Source of the DNA: Aureliella sp. | GTDB lineage: Bacteria > Planctomycetota > Planctomycetia > Pirellulales > Pirellulaceae | NCBI GenBank assembly: GCA_963691875.1 | Contig: OY829846.1 | Span: 2,816,001-2,880,000, forward strand | Direction: 5' to 3' | DNA: 64,000 nucleotides | Position numbers and translations under genes: made by a program | In this document: in pieces, positions 10,568 to 18,458 of the stretch | Position numbering within the stretch: the stretch's first letter is position 1 | Layout: each line of letters starts with the position of its first letter | Notes under the pieces: model-generated | What the model saw: only the letters and a program-made list of their open reading frames with translations | Told to the model about the DNA's origin: nothing | Databases searched by the model: none

Positions 10568-12177
10568 TAGTGATGGATGAGTCCGGATCGCGAACATCAT
10601 TATCTTGCGGATGCAACAACGTGAAACAAAAATGCTTTTCCCATTCGTGTCGGCGGGTCCCAGCCGCTGGTAGAAAACGGTGGCAGGATGCCTCAGATAC
10701 GGGCAGCCAATTTAGGCGACAGGGTGCCATTAATTCTATCGCGATCATTTTGTCTTCCGTCTGGCTATTCGGCATCGCCATTGCTAACAGCGGCGTGGCT
10801 GATACGTCGCGATCCCAGCCCAACATCGTTTTGCTCATTGCCGACGACTTGGGCTACGGTGAACTGGGTTGCCAAGGGAATCCTGAGATTCCAACGCCCT
10901 TCATCGATCAGCTGGCGGAATCAGGAGTGCGATGCACTCAGGCGTATGTAACTGCTCCAAACTGTAGTCCTTCCAGGGCTGGCCTACTGAGCGGCAGAAT
11001 TCCAACGCGTTTCGGCTACGAATTCAATCCCATCGGCGCTAGGAACGAAGAGCTCGGAGCGGGAATGCCGAGCGAAGAACGACTGCTGCCAGAATTGCTT
11101 CACGACCAAGGCTACACCACCGCCTTGATTGGCAAATGGCATTTGGGAGGCACCGCGAGTTATCACCCGCAGCGACATGGATTCGATGAATTCTTCGGCT
11201 TTACCCATGAAGGCCATTACTTTGTGCCTCCGCCGTGGAGCGGCACAACCATAATGCTGCGGCGCAAGGCATTGCCCCAAACCGCCATCGGAAGCCGCTA
11301 CATGGTTTCTGAGGAGTTGATTTACACTTCGCACATGGGAAACGACGAACCCGACTATGACGCGAACAATCCGATTGTTCGCGTCGGGCAACCTGTCACC
11401 GAAGAAGAGTACTTGACGGATGCCCTCGCTCGCGAAGCCTGCGACTTTATTGATCGCTTTCAAAGCAGCCCTTTTTTTCTGTGCGTGACCTTCAATGCCG
11501 TTCACAGCCCGCTGCAAGCCAAGAACGAGACTCTTACCAAGTTCGGCCACATCGAAGACATTCATCGACGCATCTTTGCGGCCATGCTCAGCGACTTGGA
11601 CAAAGCAGTGGGGCGAATAACGGAAAAGCTAGACAATTGCCAGATTCGTGAAGACACGTTGATCATCTTTCTGAGCGATAACGGCGGACCAACGAAAGAG
11701 CTGACGAGCAGCAATTTGCCACTGCGAAATGGAAAAGGATCGATGTATGAAGGCGGATTTCGCGTGCCTTTTATCTACAACTGGCCTGGGCGATTGGCGG
11801 AAGGTAAAGTTTGCGATCAAGTGCTCACTTCGCTCGACATTTTGCCGACGGCACTGGCTGCAGCCGGGGCGCCCGCTGCACAGGGAAAGGACGGTCTGAA
11901 CGTCTTATCAACTCTAGAGGACCTCAGTCAGCCATTACCCGAGCGCACTCTCTATTGGCGGCAAGGGCATCGAGCGGCACTTCGGCGTGGCGATTGGAAG
12001 GTTGTTTCACCACGTCGAGAGCAGAATCGCAAGGGCCCAAGAGTATGGGAGCTTTACAATGTCGCTTCCGACATCGCCGAAACACGAAATCTTGCCGCTC
12101 AAGAGCCCGACAGGTTGGAGGCCCTTGTAGAAGCTTGGGAAAAGTTGGATGCTAAAATGCGAGAACCTGCGTTTTAG
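10564..12177 (+). CDS. Arylsulfatase-family (formylglycine-dependent) sulfatase; true start may be downstream
   Basis: PNIVLLIADDLG, CSPSRAGLLSGR (CxPxR), GKWHLG, SDNG and GKGSMYEGG motifs. Confidence 0.95.
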   Translation: MIVMDESGSRTSLSCGCNNVKQKCFSHSCRRVPAAGRKRWQDASDTGSQFRRQGAINSIAIILSSVWLFGIAIANSGVADTSRSQPNIVLLIADDLGYGELGCQGNPEIPTPFIDQLAESGVRCTQAYVTAPNCSPSRAGLLSGRIPTRFGYEFNPIGARNEELGAGMPSEERLLPELLHDQGYTTALIGKWHLGGTASYHPQRHGFDEFFGFTHEGHYFVPPPWSGTTIMLRRKALPQTAIGSRYMVSEELIYTSHMGNDEPDYDANNPIVRVGQPVTEEEYLTDALAREACDFIDRFQSSPFFLCVTFNAVHSPLQAKNETLTKFGHIEDIHRRIFAAMLSDLDKAVGRITEKLDNCQIREDTLIIFLSDNGGPTKELTSSNLPLRNGKGSMYEGGFRVPFIYNWPGRLAEGKVCDQVLTSLDILPTALAAAGAPAAQGKDGLNVLSTLEDLSQPLPERTLYWRQGHRAALRRGDWKVVSPRREQNRKGPRVWELYNVASDIAETRNLAAQEPDRLEALVEAWEKLDAKMREPAF

Positions 12178-12194
12178 GACTCAAATTCTCCAAA

Positions 12195-12245
12195 GGAACT
12201 CGCCAGAATTCCTAAACCTGACCGCACGGGATTCGCCAGAATTCC
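12195..12245. repeat. Two direct copies of REP-like family A (consensus GTAGTGGGATTCGCCAGAATTCC)
   Basis: ggaactcgccagaattcc at 12195-12212 and gggattcgccagaattcc at 12228-12245. Confidence 0.75.
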
Positions 12246-12264
12246 TTCGAGCCCGCATTCAATC

Positions 12265-14262
12265 ATGTCAACCGATAGCCCCCCGCAAAACGCGTCCTTA
12301 AACACCACCTACACAACTGTAGGAGTCATAGGCCACATCGACCATGGCAAGACTTCATTGGTAGGGAAGCTCACAGGAATCCAGACGGACACGCATCCTG
12401 AGGAAAAGCGACGTGGCATCACGATCGATCTTGGCTTCGCTTCCATGCGCGAAGGCGACCATACCTTTGCTTTTATTGATGCACCCGGGCATCAAAAGTA
12501 CATTGGCAATCTACTTGCAGGAGTTTCCGCTGTAGACGTTGGACTACTGGTTGTCGCCTGTGATCAAGGCATCCAAGAACAGACACTCGAGCATGTTTCC
12601 ATTCTAAGTACACTCAATGTGCCGCGTATGATTGTGGCCCTCTCGCGAGTGGATCTTTGCGAAGCCGAGCGAATCGAGGAAATCCGAGAGGAGCTGGAAG
12701 TATTCCTCTCAGACTTTGGCTTCGTCGACTTTCCAATCATTGGAACATCCGTGGTCTCAGGCGACGGGCTAGAACAGCTTCGGAAAGAACTATGCGATGC
12801 TTCGGCATTGAGACAAAAAGAGTCAACGGACGCACCGCAGCAGCTCGAAGAACTTGCCTTTCGAATGCCGATCGACCGAGTACTCAATGTGCCTGGACGT
12901 GGATTGGTTGTAGCCGGTACTCCTTGGGTCGGCCAAGTCCGGATTGGCGACAAGCTGCAATTAGCTGATCGGCCTCTTGAACTTCGAGTGCGTGAGATTG
13001 AAATCCACGGCGAAATGACGGATCGCTCGCGCTGTGGTGTGAGAACTGCAATCAACTTGGCGGGTCACGATGATAGTGACATTAGCCGCGGCAACGAGCT
13101 GGTGGCAGTCGAAGCTTACCCACTTGCGTCCAGTTTCTTGGTTTCGCTCCAAGTCTACGACGAAGCGAGTGAGATCAAGCTGCCAACAACTACGCAATTG
13201 CACACCGCTACCACTTCGGTGGAAGCACGATTGCTCGGTCCCAAGACCCTTAAGCCTGGCGAGAGGGCTGTTGTCTTGATCGAAACTCAAGCTCCGATTC
13301 TCGGAGTCTTTGGCCAAGCCGTGTTGATGCGGCACCCTTATCCGGTTGGCTCCTTTGGCGGAGGTCGCATAGTCGGCGTTTGCAACTTCGACGCGAAGAA
13401 GCTCGGCAAGAATAAGAAGGAGATTTTGCAGCTGGGTGAGCAACTGAAGAAAGCTACCGATGCACTGGAGCGTGCTTTGTACTGGCTTGAGCTCATGGGC
13501 GAGTTTCAGCCGGATCAAGCTTGGCTGCAGTGGCAAGCAGGTGGAGTCGCTCTTTCCATGAATGAGCTTAATAAAGCAATTGCTGCTTCAGAACAGTTTG
13601 AACAACTCGGCTCGAATTTTGTCTCTGCCTCGCTGCTCGATCGTATTGTGAAGTTCTTGCACGGTACACTGAAAAAACACTCGGAGGAGAACGAGGATCA
13701 GTGGGTGCTGCAAGAATCGATTGTGAAACGAGCGAGTCACATGGGAGCACCTGCGACAGTCAAACGCGCAATCGCCAAGCTACTGGAGCTGAAGGATGGT
13801 GACGAAGCAGCTGTAGTCGGCTTGAATGGCATGGTAGCCATCGCTTCAGAGAAAACTCGGCTATCGAAGAAACAGCGGGCGAAGATGGAGCAGATGCTCA
13901 AGCTGTACGCCAACACGCGAACACCGCCAACCGTGAAAGAAGTCTGCGAAAAGCTATCCCTGACGCAAGATGCAGTACAATCTCTCGCGCGTCATGCGAC
14001 GCAACAACGAGTGCTGCATGACCTCGGGCAAGGGTTCTACATCGCTGGAAATGTCTTTCGTGAAATGTGTCACCAACTGGCCGAAATGTTCGAATCGCAG
14101 CCTGAATTGACCGTCCCAGCGGTCAAAGATGCGTGGGGTGTAACCCGCAAACACGTCATACCTGTCCTGGAATACTGCGATCGGGAACAGATTACTGTGC
14201 GAAACCAAGACGGACGCGTAGCCGGGAATCGTTTGGCAGAATACGCTGGAAAAGAGTGCTAG
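12265..14262 (+). CDS. selB: Selenocysteine-specific translation elongation factor
   Basis: GHIDHGKT, EEKRRGITIDLGF, DAPGH and FRMPIDRV motifs; C-terminal winged-helix motif GVTRKHVIPVLEYCD. Confidence 0.93.
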   Translation: MSTDSPPQNASLNTTYTTVGVIGHIDHGKTSLVGKLTGIQTDTHPEEKRRGITIDLGFASMREGDHTFAFIDAPGHQKYIGNLLAGVSAVDVGLLVVACDQGIQEQTLEHVSILSTLNVPRMIVALSRVDLCEAERIEEIREELEVFLSDFGFVDFPIIGTSVVSGDGLEQLRKELCDASALRQKESTDAPQQLEELAFRMPIDRVLNVPGRGLVVAGTPWVGQVRIGDKLQLADRPLELRVREIEIHGEMTDRSRCGVRTAINLAGHDDSDISRGNELVAVEAYPLASSFLVSLQVYDEASEIKLPTTTQLHTATTSVEARLLGPKTLKPGERAVVLIETQAPILGVFGQAVLMRHPYPVGSFGGGRIVGVCNFDAKKLGKNKKEILQLGEQLKKATDALERALYWLELMGEFQPDQAWLQWQAGGVALSMNELNKAIAASEQFEQLGSNFVSASLLDRIVKFLHGTLKKHSEENEDQWVLQESIVKRASHMGAPATVKRAIAKLLELKDGDEAAVVGLNGMVAIASEKTRLSKKQRAKMEQMLKLYANTRTPPTVKEVCEKLSLTQDAVQSLARHATQQRVLHDLGQGFYIAGNVFREMCHQLAEMFESQPELTVPAVKDAWGVTRKHVIPVLEYCDREQITVRNQDGRVAGNRLAEYAGKEC

Positions 14263-14464
14263 GCCACTCATCAGCGCAGAGCTAACGCTAACGAGGGAAA
14301 CGCTATTTCCGATCTAGGCCGTTAGCGATCTCAGCACTGTGACGGCAATGGAGCTAATACAATGTTGGGCCGGTTACAAGCATCGCTTCGTTCGGATCTT
14401 TTCATCCATTCCGCATCAATGCGGGATTACGAACAAAGATGACAGAAAACATCTCATTCCTGAA

Positions 14465-15880
14465 ATGAATTCTCCACTCCTTCGCCACTTGCCAGCCATC
14501 GACGAGATCCTGCTTCAGGATCGGATCGCCGATGCGCTCGTGTCAGTACCCAGGGAGCAAGTGGTCCAATGGGCTCGCGAAGAAGTAGACCTTCTCAGGC
14601 AACGCGTTCTTGTTGGGGAAGAGCTGCAAGTAGAAGGCCTGATGTCTTTGGTTGTCGAACAGGTCATCGGTCGGCTAAGTCAGGACTATTCGGCTCGGAT
14701 GCAAACCGTTCTCAACGCAACGGGAATTTTGCTACATACCAACTTGGGCCGCGCGCCATTAGCTGAAGCGGCCGTGGCTCACGTGCAAGCCGCTGCAGGC
14801 TGTACAAACTTAGAGATGGATCTGGGATCGGGAAAACGTTCTATTCGTGGAGCGCGAGTACGAGAACTCCTTGCCAAATTAACAGGCGCAGAAGATGCAA
14901 TTATCGTCAACAACTGTGCGGCCGCTACCATCCTGACACTCCAAGCCATTGCGGCCGGAAGAGAAGTCATCGTCAGCCGCGGACAGTTAGTTGAAATTGG
15001 TGGCGGATTCCGGTTGCCCGAAGTCTTCGAATCCGCCGGTGTACGACTGCGAGAAGTCGGCACGACCAACCGCACCTACCTGCGAGACTATGAAAACGCT
15101 GTCGGCGAAGAAACAGGTGCAATCATTCGAGTTCACCGCAGTAACTTTCAGCAGTCCGGTTTCGTCACCGAGCCAGCCATCGATGAAATGGCACTGGCAC
15201 AAAGGCCGAAAGATGTCCCAGTGATCGATGATCTCGGCAGCGGACACGTAGTTGATTTGTCTGAGCGTGAGCTTCCTGAGATCATTCGGAACGAACCTCG
15301 CGTGCAACAAAGCGTTTCTGCTGGAGCCGACTTGTGTCTATTCAGTGGTGACAAGCTTTTTGGCGGTCCCCAGTGTGGAGTGATCGTCGGCAAGAAGAAG
15401 TGGGTTTCCAAGTTGGCCCAGCACCCGATGATGCGAGCACTCCGGGCAGATAAGTTGATCTTAGCGGCCATGGAAGCGACGACTGAAATTCACTTAGCTG
15501 GCAAATCTGCCGAACAGGTTCCATTCTTTCAAATGTTGCTTCAGCCAGTCGAGGCAATTCGAAACCGATGCGAACAAGTACTTGAGTCTCTGCGTTCAAA
15601 TCTGAGTTCCGATATTCGACTTTCAATCGAAAGTTGCTTTAGCCAGGTTGGTGGCGGTTCGATGCCGGGGGCGGAAATCCCGAGTTTCGCTTTGTCGGTT
15701 CGAAGCGAATCCTCAAATTATTCGGTTGAGACGATGGCTAGTCGCCTGCGAGCGGGTACACCAGCAGTGCATGCGCGAATATCTGAAGACAGCATGCTGC
15801 TTGATTTACGCACGATACAGCCCAGGCAAACGGCGGCTTTGCTCGAAGCCTTAGCCAAGTGGGGAGAAGAAATGCCGTAG
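14465..15880 (+). CDS. selA: L-seryl-tRNA(Sec) selenium transferase
   Basis: LRHLPAID, NATGILLHTNLGRAPL, VNNCAAA, SRGQLVEIGGGFRLP, EVGTTNRT and the PLP-lysine motif FSGDKLFGGPQ; ATG 14465 preferred over the ORF-track start 14339. Confidence 0.95.
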   Translation: MNSPLLRHLPAIDEILLQDRIADALVSVPREQVVQWAREEVDLLRQRVLVGEELQVEGLMSLVVEQVIGRLSQDYSARMQTVLNATGILLHTNLGRAPLAEAAVAHVQAAAGCTNLEMDLGSGKRSIRGARVRELLAKLTGAEDAIIVNNCAAATILTLQAIAAGREVIVSRGQLVEIGGGFRLPEVFESAGVRLREVGTTNRTYLRDYENAVGEETGAIIRVHRSNFQQSGFVTEPAIDEMALAQRPKDVPVIDDLGSGHVVDLSERELPEIIRNEPRVQQSVSAGADLCLFSGDKLFGGPQCGVIVGKKKWVSKLAQHPMMRALRADKLILAAMEATTEIHLAGKSAEQVPFFQMLLQPVEAIRNRCEQVLESLRSNLSSDIRLSIESCFSQVGGGSMPGAEIPSFALSVRSESSNYSVETMASRLRAGTPAVHARISEDSMLLDLRTIQPRQTAALLEALAKWGEEMP

Positions 15881-15946
15881 TGGGATTTGCCAAAATTCCG
15901 GTTTTCGCGACCGCTGTCCTTTAGGAATTCTGGCGAATCCTACTAC
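15877..15946. repeat. Inverted REP doublet (REPIN-like), family A
   Basis: GTAGTGGGATTTGCCAAAATTCC at 15877-15899 and GGAATTCTGGCGAATCCTACTAC at 15924-15946. Confidence 0.85.
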
Positions 15947-15963
15947 GTAGTTCGTGTACAGTC

Positions 15964-18171
15964 ATGATGGATCTCTCGCCCTTTTCTGCTCCGGTCGGCA
16001 AACACCAGATTGTGCTGCTAGGTGTCGGGCATACGAACGCCCACGTGGTTCGCATGTGGCGGATGAAGCGGATTCCGAACGCTGAGCTGACTTGTGTTTC
16101 AGATCGCTCCATCGCAACTTATTCGGGCATGCTTCCAGCCACTCTCGCGGGACAGATTCCCGAAGAGCAAATGCAGATTGATCTGGTGCGTTTGTGTGCT
16201 TCCGTTGGGGCACGCCTCATTGTCGATCGAGTGACAGGCGTCGACCATGAGCATGCGAAACTCCTCTTTGCAGAGCGTCCACCGGTGCCTTTCGACATTC
16301 TAAGTGTTGGAATCGGCTCACAACCGACAGTGGCATCGCTCACCGAACCCAATTCGCCGCATCTCCTGAAGATCAAGCCGATGCAGACCTTCATGGCGAG
16401 GATAGGAGAACGCATTGCGGCACTGAAAGACCACGCGGATCTTAAAGTAGCTGTCGTTGGCAGCGGTGTGGCGGGGCTGGAAATTGCGTTTTGCTTGAAG
16501 CCCTTTCTTGCAGACCATAATCTCAGCGGTGCCTCCCTTTCACTCGTAACACGCAGCCCGCAAATCTTTCGAGAGGGCCAATCGAATACGCGTCGACTGC
16601 TTGAATCGGAGCTGCAGAAAAGCGGGATCCAAGTTCACTGTGGAAAATCCGTTTCTTCCGTCACCAAGGACGAGATGCGGTTCGACGATGGAAGTAAGCT
16701 GCCTGCAAACCTCGTTATCTGGGCCACCGGTGCGACGGCTCCTAGTGGCTTGCAGGAGCTCGGATTTGAATGCACTAGCTCCGGGTTTTTGCAGACAGAT
16801 CACACTCTACAAGTGACAGATCGTCACGATGCACCCGGAAAGGTATTTGCAGTTGGCGACGCCGGTACCATCGAGGGCGAGAACTTACCCAAGGCCGGTG
16901 TTTATGCGGTTCGGCAAGGGCCTGTGCTTTGGGCAAACATTCAGAGGGCACTGGAAGGTCGGACGCTACAACGCTATCGTCCACAGAAATCCTTCCTGAG
17001 TTTGATCAACCTTGGAGATGGCCGAGCGATTGCGCAGTGGAAAGGCCGCGTGTTTTGCGGCAAGTGGGCCTATCGCTTGAAGCACTCTATCGACTCCAAG
17101 TTCATGGAGAAGTTCGAGCCGATTTCGATGGCCGACGAGGGTGACGAGGCGATGCAGTGTCAGGGATGTGGCTGCAAGTTCGATGCGACCTCATTGTCCG
17201 AGGCGATGGCTTCTGTTTCAGGCACGAGTCACATCACTCTTGACGACGCAGCCCCCATAGGCGAGAGGGGAGGCCATGTAGAAGGTGCTGAAAATAAACT
17301 CTACGCTTCTACTGACTTTTTCACCAATCCACTGGATGACGCGTATCTTTTCGGACGAATCACGGCCTTGCACTCGTCCAGCGATCTCATCGCGACGGGC
17401 ATCGTGCCAAGTGAAGCTCTTTCCAATGTAGTTTTGCCTGAAGGCCATGAGCGAACGCAACGGCAAATGCTGGCCGAGTTCTTAGAAGGTGGAAATCAGG
17501 AATTTCGTGCATTGGGGGCAAATATCGTTGGTGGACATACGATCGTCGGTCCAAGGTTCGAAGCAGGCTTCACGGTCGTCGGATCTCCATGGGGCGACCG
17601 GCCGTTAAGGAAGAGCGGCTTGCAACCCGGGGATACACTGTACGTCACCAAGCCGCTTGGCATTGGCGTATTGCTTGCCGCTCATATGCGATCGAAGTGC
17701 CCGGCAGCTGCCTACGAGGAACTCGTGCATCACATGCTCGCACCGCAGCAAGAGTATGCTCGTATCGCGACCGAGCTGGGCGTGCTCGCGGCGACTGACA
17801 TCACGGGCTTCGGTCTGATCGGGCACTTGGTGGAAATGCTCGAAGCCAGTGAACTTGCAGCGGAACTCGACCTCGCCTCCATCCCGATTCTGCAGTCAGC
17901 AGTAAAAATATCAAGCGAAGGGATCTCGAGCAGCCTGTTACCTGACAACATGCGGCTTAGTCGGCAGGTGCGAACTGATGATAAGATCAAGTCTGACGAC
18001 CGCTATCCGCTTCTCTTTGACCCTCAAACTTGCGGAGGTCTGCTGTTTGGCGTTTCGGCTGAGGTTCAAGAAGATTTCTGCGAGCAGATGGTAAAACACT
18101 CTGTGCCATTACCAATTGGCAAAATCCATCCGAAGAAGTCCTCGAGTCAAGCGCCGATCCAACTGAGCTGA
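15964..18171 (+). CDS. selD: Selenophosphate synthetase fused to an N-terminal FAD-dependent pyridine nucleotide-disulfide oxidoreductase-like domain
   Basis: N-terminal GVGH, YSGMLP, GSGVAG, FAVGD and PKAGVYAVRQG; C-terminal CQGCGCK, DDAA, STDFF, GGHT, TKPLG, TDITGFGL and DPQTCGGL. Confidence 0.92.
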   Translation: MMDLSPFSAPVGKHQIVLLGVGHTNAHVVRMWRMKRIPNAELTCVSDRSIATYSGMLPATLAGQIPEEQMQIDLVRLCASVGARLIVDRVTGVDHEHAKLLFAERPPVPFDILSVGIGSQPTVASLTEPNSPHLLKIKPMQTFMARIGERIAALKDHADLKVAVVGSGVAGLEIAFCLKPFLADHNLSGASLSLVTRSPQIFREGQSNTRRLLESELQKSGIQVHCGKSVSSVTKDEMRFDDGSKLPANLVIWATGATAPSGLQELGFECTSSGFLQTDHTLQVTDRHDAPGKVFAVGDAGTIEGENLPKAGVYAVRQGPVLWANIQRALEGRTLQRYRPQKSFLSLINLGDGRAIAQWKGRVFCGKWAYRLKHSIDSKFMEKFEPISMADEGDEAMQCQGCGCKFDATSLSEAMASVSGTSHITLDDAAPIGERGGHVEGAENKLYASTDFFTNPLDDAYLFGRITALHSSSDLIATGIVPSEALSNVVLPEGHERTQRQMLAEFLEGGNQEFRALGANIVGGHTIVGPRFEAGFTVVGSPWGDRPLRKSGLQPGDTLYVTKPLGIGVLLAAHMRSKCPAAAYEELVHHMLAPQQEYARIATELGVLAATDITGFGLIGHLVEMLEASELAAELDLASIPILQSAVKISSEGISSSLLPDNMRLSRQVRTDDKIKSDDRYPLLFDPQTCGGLLFGVSAEVQEDFCEQMVKHSVPLPIGKIHPKKSSSQAPIQLS

Positions 18172-18458
18172 TTTCCAAATTCGCGCAGCTATTGCTTGCG
18201 ATCCCGACCCCCCCCAAGAACACTTGTAAAAGCCTGAAACCCACGTTGATAACAGCTATTTACATCTTACGTAAGCCTGACCGGGAAATGACGCGTCGCC
18301 CCTCATAATTGGATAAGCCAAAACTGCGTTGGAGAACCTACACAACAAAGTGCGCTTTACCCAGTGAGCACAAATGATTGCTGGCAGTGCCGTTGCACAC
18401 CCAAAAGAGAAGCAGGAAACCGACAACACAATCCAACTACCTCCAAACAGGTTTTACT

